A stretch of 33,000 nucleotides of DNA, taken from contig NC_087472.1 of assembly GCF_036321535.1 (NCBI RefSeq), positions 108,779,001 to 108,812,000 of the forward strand, read 5' to 3'. The notes under the pieces are model-generated. The model worked only from the letters and a program-made list of their open reading frames with translations. It had not been told where the DNA came from and ran no database searches. Within the stretch, counting starts at the first letter, position 1. Each line of letters opens with the position of its first letter. The DNA comes from Camelus dromedarius (Eukaryota). A program made the position numbers and the translations under genes. Shown here piece by piece: positions 1 through 11,540 of the stretch.

Positions 1-181
1 TGACTGCAGTTCAGTCCTGGCTGTCATTCTAACACCCCTCGCCCCGCCCCCGCCGCCCCGCAAACACACACACCCGCCGCCAAGGTAGTTTAGGTCCAGA
101 GTTTTGAGCTGGGAGTTGCTTCCACTTCTGGCTGGTCAGGCCCACTCGAGTTGAACTCTCACACTATGTCCGTATTTTACA

Positions 182-353
182 CAGCAATCTTCAACCAGGG
201 GTGACAGGGCCCCGGCCCCAGGGGACATGCTACTGGCACCCAGGGGCTAGAGACCAGGGGTGGCGCTAAGCACCTACAACTCACAGGACAACCTCCCCAC
301 AGGGAGGACGGACCCGCCCTGCAACATCAATACTACCAAGGCTGGGAAACTTG
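182..353 (+). mobile_element. MER20-like hAT-Charlie DNA transposon (internally deleted)
   Basis: Starts cagcaatcttcaaccagggg and ends caaggctgggaaacttg; contains ctactggcacccagggg-ctagagaccaggg..gctaagcacctaca, matching the recalled MER20 consensus and the two other copies in the window. Confidence 0.75.
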
Positions 354-1039
354 ACTTGAATAGGACAGGCTTTAGACTCACCAAGTTCACCTCTTCATGA
401 CTTCTCCCTGAGTTTTACTGCGACGTATAAGCACGTGAAGCAACACTCTAATACGCAGGTCTCAGAGTCAGAAAGAATCATCGAGGCGATGTTTTCATAG
501 ACTTCCGTCTCAAATGGCCACATTTACAGAACAAAACCAACAGTCCATATGGCTAAGTCAAAAGGATAAACCTACATTTTTATTGATCATAAATGAAATG
601 CTTAGCTCTATAAATACTGATCCTATCTGCTGATAAGCAAAATACCTTGTGTATTATAGAATTCCTTTAACTGCCTGCGGAGAGGCCAGACCGGAGCAGA
701 ACTAAGTCCGACAGCCAGCACTGGCCGCCAACCACGGGCCAGCCACCATGGAAGGGGACCCTCATCCTTCGTCAGACCTGCGGCTCCAGCTGACGTCTGC
801 ACTGCAAGTTCAGAGATTCCACTGGCACCACCCCCACTGAGTCACCCCAGCCTCCCTGCCCCTCAGAATCTAACACATGTGGAGGACGGGGAGGGGGAGA
901 TACCTGGGGCGGGGGTCTTTGCAGCAAGTGCCTCTGCACCATCCACAGAATGGGGACAATGACCCGCATGGCCGGTGCCCGGAAAGCCTAGAACCACGGG
1001 AACTTGGAGGCCAAGCACATGGAGGCGTCAAGGAAGGAG

Positions 1040-1182
1040 TGAGTTTGCCAAAGCACGTTCCTCAGAATGTTTTCCAGACTGTCAGTATGTGTTTAGTATC
1101 ACCATGTGTACGATGGTTCCTTGATCCAATACTCTGATCCAATAGGATGGGTAACACCGGGTTAAATAAAGTTATTAAAAAA
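1040..1182 (+). mobile_element. Possible old hAT DNA transposon remnant (family unassigned)
   Basis: gagtttgccaaagcacgttcc...gggtaacaccgggttaaataaagtt resembles recalled ancient hAT-Charlie termini; weak similarity only. Confidence 0.3.
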
Positions 1183-1194
1183 CAGTAATAAGCA

Positions 1195-1340
1195 GGGGAG
1201 GGGGAGGGTATATAGCTCAGTGGTAGAGTGTGTGCTTACTGTGCACGAGGTCCTGGGTTCAACTCCCAGCACCTCAATTAAAAAATAAATAAATAAACCT
1301 AATTATCCCCCAAACCCAAAAAGCAAACAAACAGAAACCC
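1195..1340 (+). mobile_element. Vic-1-like camelid SINE (tRNA-Ala-derived)
   Basis: ggggagggtatatagctcagtggtagagtgtgtgcttac..gaggtcctgggttcaactcccagcacctc has Pol III A box (1213-1223) and B box (1256-1266), then an A-rich tail with aaacctaatta.cccc; possible short TSD cagtaata at 1183-1190 and 1340-1347. Confidence 0.9.
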
Positions 1341-2984
1341 AGTAATAGTTTACACGTAATTGCACCTAACATCTGCCTGGCTCTGTTGTCAGTGCTTTAA
1401 GTTATTTAACTCTTTGAACACATCCTGAAAGAATCCACCCAAGCGGAATCTCACAGTGCGTTTTCACTGATGTACCCGGGCCCACCACTGACGGCGTCAC
1501 ACCGGGGACTCCCCTGCACTACGTCATCACTCTCTGTCATGATTCTCTCGTGGCTCTAAGCGTAGGTAGCAGAAATGCTGGCAAGCACCGTCTTCCTCTG
1601 GCTCCTCCGTGTTCCACGCACCCACACGGATGATAATTCATGTCAATACGAGGGAGTTTGCCCAACTCTCCCCAGTTTCTCTCTGACTTTTCAGATATGC
1701 TGAAACTTTAAGGCAACCTTCTGATTGCTTTTGAGTACATTAGTCGCTGGACATTCCAATAAAGGCGGGTTTTGCTCTTCAAAGACTATAGGTTACCCAA
1801 GAGAGAGAGAGAAAACCAATGTGCGTTTCTTTAGGCTTTGGAAGCTGGAAATCTAAAGATGGCAGTACCTGATGAGAAGGAATGCAAGTGTGCCAAGATG
1901 GTAAAATGTTCCTTTTAATATCACAACAGTGTCAAGAACTAGGGCAATTCCATATAAACCTTTATCCACCAGGAATTAGAATCAGGCCACCACCCTGATT
2001 TCCCTTTTTACTCACCCAACTAGGAAAACGGGTACTGTGGGGTGAAAGGTCATGAGGCCTCAATCACTTCCTATCATCTCATCTTTTTAAAACATTTCAC
2101 ATTGGGAATACCTTTTATTGAGGTGGATTGTTTCTTGGCCACTGTAGTAAACATGTACCCTTCTCTGTATGTGGACCTGAAGCAACAACACCAAAGGGAC
2201 CCCTTCCCTGTTAGTGTTCTATTTATGACACAGGAAAAAAACTTTTCTTTTCTTAATGACAAACAATACTAATTTTGTGCACAAATTCCAAGGGCCTAAC
2301 ATTTAATGTTGGTTAAGAATAAACACATACATCAGACACACACCAGAATGCTATAAAGTAAAACCAAGTCACATCCTAAAAGATTTTTCTTCTGAAAAAA
2401 GTCTGCATGATTAAACGATATTATCTGCGGTCCAATGTTTATAGAAAAAATTAAGAGTTTGAATGTTTTTTGGAATTAGCATGCCAGTACTGTTATCTGT
2501 AGACGGTACTCTTGGGCATGCCATCAACTTTCCTGTGTGTAATGTGTCAACAGATCATTATTGTACAGAATGTGAGAAAGATTTTGGTAAAAATTCTGGC
2601 CTGCTTTTGAGATGGAGAAAACAGTTACTGTTGGAGCTTGCCCATAAAGCTGGCGGTTACCCAGACAGTTATGGCTGAGACCTCATTCACAGCTAATAAT
2701 GTTAACACGCTGCATAGGGGAGAGGTCCAAGAGCTTTCCGAGTAACCCAGCCCTCCATGGTCCAGAAGTCAATATGCACTGACAATCATGCAAAAATAAT
2801 AAGCACTGATTTTCATCTTCATTTCCCAAACTGGACACAGTGTTCACATTACTGCTCATTCTTAAGATACTAGTTTTTAGAGATGATGACGTATTATTTG
2901 AAGCAAAGATTTCAAGATTAAATACGTTTGGGAAATTCTAGGTTTAAAAGAGGTAAAATAAATCCAATAAGCTAAACAAACCCT

Positions 2985-4030
2985 ATGTAGGACACACACC
3001 AGAGGAAACACCAACAAGATACAATCCATTTCTTGAAAATCAACAACAAAATTAACTTTTCAAAGTAGCCAGGAAAAAAATACAAGTTACATTCAGAAGA
3101 GAAAGATAACAAATCCAGCAAGTTTCTTGCCCCGAATAATGCAAGCCAGAAGACAATCTTTAAAGGGCGGAAAGAGTGTCAACTAAAACTCTACACTCAG
3201 ACAAAACATCTTTCAAAAATGAAGGCAAAAGACTTTTACAGACAAACGCGGAAACAATTCACTGCTACGAGACCTGCACCACGAGAAAAATGAATGGAAG
3301 TTCTTTAAGGGGAAGAATTATCTCAGATGGAGATTTGGGTTCATGTAAAGGAATGGTGACTGGCAGAAGCGGTAAATACAGAGGTGAATATAAAAATACT
3401 TTCTCCTCATTTAAAAACTTCTTTTACATGTAATTGACTCCTTAACGCAAAATTAGCTGTACTGCGGCATTTTAAATACATATGAAAGTAAAATGCCTGG
3501 CAACAGTAGCACGAAGAACTAGGGAGAGACCAGAAGAGAAATACATTGTTGTAAGTTTATAGTACATGATGTGGTAAAATATCACTCAAATGTAGACTGT
3601 GCTAAATCAAGATGCATATTGTAAACCTTAGAGCAACACTAAAGATAAAGCAAAGAGGTCTAGTAATAAGCTAACAGTGAAGTAAAATCAGAAAAAAAAA
3701 TTGTGTTTATGCAAGCATATGCAGGAACGGAGGGAGAAAGAGAATACATGATACAAACAGAAAATAAACAGCTGGTGGTAAATGGTACAACCATTCTGAT
3801 TAAAAGGCTGAGAGCAAGATCAGATTAAAAAAGCCACACTCAGCTCTGTAGCAAACTCACTTTGAATACGTACATACTCTTTGAAAATACGGATACATGT
3901 ATGTACATCTGACACAAATACCATATACACTTACTACGTACTATTGATATGCAGGGTCTTATTCTGTTCACTTTATCATTCTCATCCTCTGCAATTTCTT
4001 TTATTCCTTGCCTGCCTAGTGAGTCTGGGG
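2985..4030 (+). mobile_element. Ancient L1M fragment (ORF1 3' end, inter-ORF region, start of ORF2)
   Basis: aaaactctacactcagacaaaacatctttcaaaaatgaaggc encodes TLHSDKTSFKNEGK, similar to the L1 ORF1p C-terminal RILYPAKLSFKNEGE motif; followed by agacctgcaccacgag..gaagttcttta and an A-rich L1M inter-ORF sequence. Confidence 0.8.
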
Positions 4031-4849
4031 AAGCCATTTTAGAGGTGAAAGACATAAAGGAGGAAACGTAACAGAGGGACTCTGGACACGGAGAAGATCA
4101 CCTGCCTTGAGGGAGGGATCCAAACGTGAACGGAACATGACTCGGTGATCCTGGTTGGCTGGAAGCAGGCTGCAGAGAGCCCAGACCATCGGGCTCCTGA
4201 GCAAGTCTGAGCACTGTCACACGGAGGCTGTATCCACCTGTTCACTGACACTTTTAGGGGACTGAGGAACACAGTTCTGAGAAGTCACAGCCTCTGCTCT
4301 AGAAGTCATGCTGGACGTGAAAAAGTGCTCTGATGGGGTGGTGCTTGGAGGGGTGGGGCAGCCGTGGATTTCCAGGAGGTGTGGCAGCTCCACGCCCAGC
4401 CCCGCCCTGCTCCCCACGCCCCTGCAGTTCACTGACAACCCAAGCTACCGTCCCATGTACCTCTCCACCTTAGAGTCTGTCTCCTGAGAAACCTTCTGAA
4501 ACGACGGCCCCGGCAGCACCCGGTACGACACCCCGCATACAGCTGCCCTGATCTATCAAGTGCCCCCATCAGAGGATGCTGCAAACGCTTCTTTGAATCA
4601 GTGGAAACAACAGGTTTCTGTATCTTTGATGAAAAAGCACATGGGGCAGGCATTTCAATAAATGAACAGTACTCATGGTGCGCACCTTACATGCAGAGAA
4701 GCACGAGAGACGACCCGAAGTACTTAGGGTGAAACGTCCCTGGCGGTCTCCATCGCTGGGAGCTGAGCTCCTTTGTCTAGTTAGCCCACCTGTCTGGTAG
4801 CCTGGTTAGGCTACTCTGTCGATCAGCCTCCCGTTTTCTGAAACTGAGG

Positions 4850-4957
4850 TTAATTAATTTTATTTATTTGTTTATGGGGGAATTAGGTTTGTTTTTTAAC
4901 AAAAGTACTGGAGGTTGAACGTAAGCATGAGCTCTACCACTGACTATACCCTCCCCC
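4850..4957 (-). mobile_element. Vic-1-like SINE with internal deletion
   Basis: Reverse complement reads gggggagggtatagtcagtggtagagctcatgcttac|gttcaacctccagtac..aaacctaattcccc; about 17-20 nt missing before the B box compared with the copies at 1195 and 8123. Confidence 0.85.
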
Positions 4958-5032
4958 TGAGATAGAGTTTAAAAGTTGAGACATGTATCTATATGTGGCA
5001 ACAGAAGACGGGAAAGTTCCAGAATGGTAAAG

Positions 5033-5249
5033 CAGGGATGAGAACACTTTTTCTGTAAAGGACTGAACAGCAGCCACGCTGGACTGTGCAGCCACGCTGC
5101 CTCTGTTACAACTACCCAGCCACGCCCTGGCTCAAAAGCAGACACCGACGATACGTAAACTGATGGGCTTCTGTGCTTCAGCAAATCTTTATCTACAAAC
5201 ATAGGCTGCTGGCAGGGTTGGCTCACGGGCAGGAGTCTGCCAAACCCCG
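5033..5249 (+). mobile_element. MER58A-like hAT-Charlie MITE
   Basis: cagggatgagaacactttttctgtaaagg..ctctgttacaactac..aaaagcag..gatacgtaaac..ctttatctacaaacatagg..gtctgccaaacccc follows the recalled MER58A consensus. Confidence 0.85.
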
Positions 5250-5639
5250 TCTTGGGGCAATATCATGTCCCATGTATTAAGCTGTGCATTATAACTCATC
5301 ACTAAATAAAGGAGACAACCAGACAGTATCAGTGTCAGCAGGGTGACTGCAGACAGCTCACTCGAGAAAGCAGCACTGTATTCCAGGAGCAAAGCAGGAC
5401 TGTGCCTCGCTGCTGAGAACGAGCACAGCGGACGGGGCAGCAGGAGTGTGGGGTGGGCTTCAGCCCAGGCTCCTGGCGTCGAGGACACACATGTGGCCGC
5501 CACGGTGCTTTCAGACCCCAAGTGCAAAACGTCTCACAGAAGAGTCCCAGTTCACTATGGATCACAGAAGTGTGAAACTGAACAGAATAATCTCATCCGT
5601 TTGGAAATAACATCTTTCATTTTTTTCCTTTTTAAAAAT

Positions 5640-6305
5640 TATTTTAAATAGGTTTAATGTTTAGTTTCAGGCTCACAGCAGCACTGAAAGGAAGGTACAG
5701 AGATTCCCCACACACCCCTGCCCCACATGGAGTCAGCCTCCTTCATTACCAGCAGCCCCACCAGAGGGCACGTCGGTTACAACTGATAAACCTACATGGA
5801 CACGGCATCACCACCCACGGTCCATGGTTCACACCGGGGTTGACTCTTGCTGTGGTGCCTCCTGTGGGTCTGGGCAGATGTGTAGTGACCTATGTCCACC
5901 GCTACAGAATCATGAAGAACAGTCTCACTGCCCCAGCAGTGCCCTGCGCTCCACCTACTCCCCCCTCCCTGCTCCTTAAGGCCTGGAACCACTAGATCTT
6001 TCTGCTAGTTGTGGTTCTGCCTTTTCCAGAATCACACAGAGCAGGAGTCACACAGCGTATAGCCTTTTCAGCCTTTTCTTTCACTTGGTAATATGCATTT
6101 AAGGTGCCTCCAAATCTTTTCTTGGCTTGAGCTCATTTCTTTTTAGCACTGAATAATACTCTGTTGTCAAGATACAATACAGTTTATTATCCATTCACCT
6201 AGGATATCCCAGTTTCTTCCAAGTTTTGGAAATGAGGAAAAAGCTGCTATAAACATCTGCACGCAGATGTTCATGTGGATATAGTTTTCAACTCCTTTGG
6301 GTAAA
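5640..6305 (-). mobile_element. L1MC1-like 3' end/3' UTR
   Basis: tttagtttcaggctcacagcagcactgaaaggaaggtacagagattccc..gttacaactgataaacctacatggacac..gctgctataaacatc..caactcctttgggtaaat is the reverse complement of a recalled L1MC 3' end. Confidence 0.85.
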
Positions 6306-6369
6306 TTTTATTTTTTTTTTAAATGCCATTAAAATTATATAAATAACACACGTCCAGGGGAGAGATTTT

Positions 6370-6585
6370 AAGTGGTTCTCAATTGTAGGCAATTCTGTCC
6401 CCCAAGGGTCATCTGACACTGTCCAGAGAGATTTCTTGTCACAACTGGGGTCGGGGGGAGTCTCAGGCATGTAACAGGTGGCGGCCAGGGAGGCTGCTAA
6501 CCGCGTACAACGCACAAGACATCTCCTCCACGAGAAAGGATTGTTGGGCCCCAAATGCCGCTTGAGGCAAGGGTGAGAAATCCTG
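6370..6585 (+). mobile_element. MER20 hAT-Charlie DNA transposon
   Basis: agtggttctcaa..ttctgtcccccaagggtcatctgacactgtccagagagattt.ttgtcacaactgggg..gccagggaggctgctaa..ggccccaaatg..gagaaatcctg. Confidence 0.9.
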
Positions 6586-6954
6586 ACACGGGGGTGCAAC
6601 ACTGAAGTCCTGTAACTCTCCCAGTCGCCCCGCGCTGACTGGGCAGAGGCAGCCCCTTGCCTTCCAAGCTTCTCCTGTAGCCTTCCAACAGTTCCCACAC
6701 GTGCGAGCTCCCACTTGTAACACAAGTATACTTTGCTAACGAAAACCTTTTAGTTTAGTCAGGAGGGGCACATACCGGTTGCCTTCATCACTAAAGCCCT
6801 TGAACAGCAAAGCTGCTTTTACTAACCTATATACAGTGACTCCCCATCCTCCCAGCCACACAGGAAGTGGACATTTATGAGGTCCCATTAGGTCCATTAC
6901 ACAATTTACCAGCACAGCAACTCTTTCATTATTCCCACCCTTTCGGTAAAGACG

Positions 6955-7047
6955 CCGAGGTCCAGAGAGTTTAAGTGAACGGGACAATCCACATGGGTTT
7001 CACAGCCAGTAAGTGGCAGGATCTGAACCCTCAAGTCTGGCTTCACG
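6955..7047 (-). mobile_element. MIR SINE fragment
   Basis: gaggtccagagagtttaagtga..cacagccagtaagtggcag.atctgaaccc.caagtctggcttc matches the MIR core in reverse. Confidence 0.7.
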
Positions 7048-7511
7048 GTGGGGGCTCTCAACACTTCAGATCAGACCAATCCTCAAGTCACAATAATTGG
7101 GACAGAAGTGGGTTGTCACTTATCTTTACACCACGCAAATAATGTGGAATTTGCAACTGATAACACAGGTATTGGGGGAAGCTTTCCAAACATGTGGAAC
7201 AATCAGTCTGAATATACACAATGCACTCACGACATACAGTTGTAACCCTTTCATTTGGTTAACACTTCGGATTGGTCTGCGATGTATTTAGTCATTACTC
7301 TGTACGTATAAGCAATTGTGTTGAACTCATTTTTGGATTTTCTAGGATACTTTCTTTTTTTCAAGCGACTCACGTCAGATTTTCCTACAGTCAGTCTTTA
7401 CGTCTAGAACATCGCAGCTGGGACAGGAGGGGTTCTGCATTTCGCTCACATGGGCATCTGTCCCACTATGTCAAATCCAGACTCACGGAGTCTCAGATCA
7501 ACAGCAAATAT

Positions 7512-7540
7512 CTTATTTATAGAGATCACTTATTTATAGA
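7512..7540. promoter_or_regulatory. Two tandem MEF2-consensus sites in a 12-bp direct repeat
   Basis: cttatttataga at 7512-7523 and 7529-7540; TTATTTATAG fits the MEF2 consensus YTA(W)4TAR. Motif match only, function untested. Confidence 0.35.
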
Positions 7541-8122
7541 CAAGGAGGACGACCAAGTGGGTCATTCCGGCCACCAAGAAAGCCGCAGAGCGAGCAGTCG
7601 GCGGAGTACGTGAACGTGAGGAAAAGGAATTTCCTTTTTCAGTCACGGAATTCAGTTCTTGGGGAATAAAACCCAGGCAATTTTGACACACCCTAATCCC
7701 TGTTAAAATTCTTCCTCCGTTGGTCAATCTGCCTTCAAGATGTAAAGCCTCCCTCATTCCATCACTGGTACTGGAAACTTGTGAAACCATAGCTCAACAC
7801 GTACGGAGAGCACGCTTACATCAGGCCTAATTTCGGGCAACAACAGCTACTGAATACGAATATTTTCCAATTAGCAAAGTGAGCGCGGCCTACACATTTT
7901 CAGAACTGTGGCTCCTCGGTGCCCTTTACGCTCTCTGACACTGCTAATCAGAACACACCCTGGAGTGAGTGCCATTCGGTCGCGCCTCTGGAGATGGGGC
8001 TGGAAGGACACGCGGGATAAACAGTCCTACGTCTTCTTCTTCCTCACTTTTGTGCGGCTGAATCACGTTGATGACGAATACACTTATTCTCACGTGTGGT
8101 GGCTGTAAAAGGCAGTGGTTTC

Positions 8123-8253
8123 TTTAAATTATTTTATTTTATTTGGGGGGGTAACTAGGTTTATTTTTTTATTTTTAGCGGAGGTCCTGAGGATTGAACC
8201 CAGGACCTTGTGCATGCTAAGCAGGCACTCTACCACTGAGCTATACGCATCCC
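8123..8253 (-). mobile_element. Vic-1-like camelid SINE, full length with TSD
   Basis: Reverse complement gggatgcgtatagctcagtggtagagtgcctgcttagcatgcacaaggtcctgggttcaatcc has both boxes and an AT-rich tail; flanked by aaaaggcagtggtttct (8107-8123) and aaaaggcagtttct (8257-8270). Confidence 0.9.
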
Positions 8254-9197
8254 GACAAAAGGCAGTTTCTAGTATGAAATCACTTGGGGAAACAAATGCT
8301 TCACACAATGTGCTTGAAGCATGACCAAGAAATCTACCAGTTAATGAAAACCTGCTCTCAAGGCGAGGGTGCACTCTGACAGAGATCCTGCAAGGTGGCA
8401 GGTGCTGCTGAACCCTAAGTTAACGTCACACAACGATGAAAGGTACTCACATCACGGAAGCCTCGGCCAGTGCGGTTCCCAGCCTCACACCTGTCAGAAA
8501 GACTTGTGCTTTCCTGTCATTTAAAACGGCGACTGAATCTTGAGACAGGAAAAAGAACCCCCAATCTAAGGCATGTCTGTGAGTCAAACAGCTCTGCTGA
8601 CAGGTGATCCGAATTCCCAGATCCCCAAGGGCTTCTGACGGTCCCTGTTGGCTTTCCAGTCTGGGCCCAGGATGCTGAAGTCACGTGGCACATAGGGACT
8701 CTCATCTTGCGGGATCAGGAACATGTCTGCCCAAGTGTGCACGTGTGGGACAGAGGGAACCACAGCCCTTGTGCTGTGCTTCCAGGCTACACGAATGCAG
8801 TCTCCAGCCTTCACTTTGTCCCCAGCCTCCACTACGTCACAGACTTGAAGAGTCCTTCGGCAGGAGGTTGGAACCCAGAAGTGATCTCAGGCTGTCCGGC
8901 CCTGGATCACTTCCCCTTCCACAACATCACCTGGCCTATCTTTAGATGGCGCCTTCAAGGGAGTCTTAAAAATAAAAGATAAATAAATGCTTGCTCTTCT
9001 ATCAGTTTACATTTGCCTTGAAGGCAAATTCTTGCCTATGTTTTCTTTACCTATCTCAATCACGCTGTATTTATATCCAGTCTAAGCTGGCTTTCTCGTC
9101 TCTGGCTTCCAGTGTGGCCTTGTTTCCCAGAAATTACACTCAGTGCTTGGAGAGCAGTGGCTCCCTTACAACACAAGTTGGCAGATTCCTCTGAGAA

Positions 9198-9293
9198 GCA
9201 GTGTGGTCCTGGAGTCACCTCGGCTAAATCCCAGAATCCTTTACTGAGGGCTGTGTGTCCCCTGGTGAGTGACTTAACCTCTCTGTGCCACTA
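9198..9293 (+). mobile_element. MIR SINE fragment
   Basis: agcagtgtgg..ggagtcacctcggctaaatcccag..gctgtgtgtccctggtgagtgacttaacctctctgtgcc, the classic MIR core. Confidence 0.75.
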
Positions 9294-9329
9294 AACAAGC
9301 ATACAATTAATTTATAATGCACCAATTCA

Positions 9330-9527
9330 CATATTCAAATACACATAAAGCCAGACATGAAGGCTTGTACCCAGCGACAGTTATGACGACAACCACAGCA
9401 TGGGAACAGTGGCACACTGGTCACTGGGATGCTGCTGTGTTCTTTTTCTTTGATTTTTAAAGAAAAAACAAAAACCAAAATGAACCTTAAGTGAATTTTA
9501 CCACAATTAAAAACTGAAAAATAAGTA
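9330..9527 (+). mobile_element. Probable old L1M 3' end remnant
   Basis: cactgggatgctgctgtgttctttttcttg..gtgaattttaccacaattaaaaa resembles L1MB/L1MC termini; highly decayed. Confidence 0.4.
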
Positions 9528-9689
9528 AAAATCTGAAGCCAAGATAAACTTACAAACATTTTCACCAGTTACTTGTGCAAAGGAATAAATGTGAGAGATT
9601 TCCTAAAAGGGACTGAAACGGTCACACAAGTTAAAGTGTAACTCGGTGAGGTTTTCATTTCAGCTGGCACATAGTCACATTTATCTCTG

Positions 9690-10003
9690 GTTTTCTTTTT
9701 CTTCTCAAAATTCTTTTTCATTTTTTTAAAATTCAAGTACAGCTGATTTACAATGTTGTTAGCTTCAGGTGTACAACACAGTGATTCAGTTATACATATA
9801 CATACAGATTCTTTTTCATTATTGGCTGTTAACAAGATATTGAATGTAGTTCCCTGTGCGGTATACAGAGTAGGACCTTGTTGTTTATCTGTTTTATATA
9901 TACTAATTTGTATCTGCTAATCCCAAAGTCCTAATTTGTCCCCCCCCCCCCCCAATCCTTTCTCCTTTGGTAACTATACGTTTGTTTTCTGTGTCTGGGA
10001 GTC
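9690..10003 (-). mobile_element. 5'-truncated artiodactyl-type L1 3' end with degenerate poly(A)
   Basis: aagtacagctgatttacaatgttg..caggtgtacaacacagtgattcagttatacatat..gtagttccctgtgc..ttgtatctgctaatcccaaa..ctttggtaactat; homologous to the 3' UTR at 30840-30991; possible TSD ctggttttc/ctggcttttc. Confidence 0.88.
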
Positions 10004-11154
10004 ACTGGCTTTTCAATGGAATACATTACTTGGTTTTCAAACAACTGTATTTTTAACCAAGCAAGTGTATTTGAGAAAGAAAAAAGAATAGGGTCAGATG
10101 AGATAACAAGCCAGATTAGACTGAGTGCAGATGCTGGAATTCTTGACTTGTAATAGCTTCATGCTGTATTTATTTACCAAGTGATTTTATCTGCTGACCT
10201 TTCTGTCTTTCATTGATTCCATTTTACCAATCTAGTAGGCAACAGGCTTCCTTATGCAAATATAATTTCAAACACAATTTCAAAAAGGGAAAATGCAAAC
10301 AGCCCATTTCCTATAAAAAAACAAATATAAAGGAAAAACAGAATTTTAAGTGAATCTCCTAGTTTAAGCTTAGCCTGATTTCCTTTGACCCTGTTCAAAT
10401 TTCTCTCAGGCCCTAAGACCACCTTCATGAATTAAAGGAAATAAGACGTTAAATGCCTAAGAATATAAGTACCTGCAGTATAGTTGGGTGTGTATATTGA
10501 GAAGCTCTGGGGGTAAGACTTCTGACAACAAAGGAAACTCTAAACAAAATGTTACCCTAAAATGGTATTTTCACAGAGGGAACCAGTGCTCTGTCAGATT
10601 TCTGGTTGTGTGAATAGAACTTTTCACAAGTCCCCCCCCACCACTGCATAGAAAGGCTATGCAAAAAAAAAGTGCTGAAAACACCCTACAGTTCAGAGTA
10701 TGACATTTACATGGTTTAATAGAAATATCACAGATTAAAAATAGAGGACACTGCCTTTTGGTAGGGCACAAATCGTGTCCCCAAAAATATGGGTGAGAAA
10801 AGTAAATGAATTGTGAGAAATCTTCCTCAATGTGGTTCCTCCACTACACAGAGATTTACCTCCTATTCAATGGGAAGAGACAGTCCCTTACAAACTCTGG
10901 AATTGGGAACAGAAAGGCAAATGTATCTGGAACGGGTGAGTCTTGAACTTGGTTGGGGTTTTACAGTCTGCATCTCCTACTAAAGGAAGGCTCCCTGGGG
11001 CTTAAGTCTCAAGGATTGACGCTTACATGTGAAACAGTGACAGAAATGAGGTTTAGAACTGTGTGCTTAATTAGGGAGATCGCCTGGTGTACCCACATAC
11101 CTGGGCAGAGCTGTCTACAGACGTCTGACTTCTTGTCCCTTAAACCTGCTCCAC

Positions 11155-11466
11155 TAGAGGTTGGTGGACCTGTTCCCAAACTGCCAGAGAGGAAATACTG
11201 TTGGCTGCACGGGCCACACAGAGTTACAACCACTCGGTTCTACCACCAGAGTGAGAAACAGACAACACACGATGCAACGGATGTGGCTGTGTTCCCAGCA
11301 AACATTCATTATGTACAATGTAATTAAGAGAATCTTCAAGCATCATGACTTGTTATTCTTCTTCTTTTGATTTTTTTTCCATCCACTTAAAAATGTAAAA
11401 ACCATTCTTAGCTTGTTGACTGTACAAAAGTAAACTGGCCCACAGGCTATAGTTTGTTAACTCTTG
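11155..11466 (+). mobile_element. MER58B hAT-Charlie element
   Basis: gggccacacag..caaccactc..ggatgtggctgtgttcc..ttattcttcttcttttgattttttttcc..ttaaaaatgtaaaaaccattcttagct..ctggcccacaggctatagtttg follows the recalled MER58B consensus. Confidence 0.88.
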
Positions 11467-11540
11467 TGTCAGATACGATGAGGTGTGGGCAGACTCCACT
11501 TCTAATTCTATTTTACAAAGATTACTTAAATCTGAACCTC

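Noticed and set aside
370-420. Strong minus-strand donor TTG|gtgagt
   Set aside because: The nearest plausible exon has stops in all three frames and the acceptor is weak.
1201-1275. tRNA-like cloverleaf with A and B boxes
   Set aside because: It is the head of a Vic-1-like SINE with an A-rich tail, not a tRNA gene; the same applies at 8180-8253.
7048-7245. ORF rich in N/T/G/Q, superficially like a parvoviral capsid (endogenous viral element idea)
   Set aside because: No conserved parvoviral motif could be aligned and the ORF is only 65 aa. A tblastx search against viral proteins would be needed, and nothing visible supports it.
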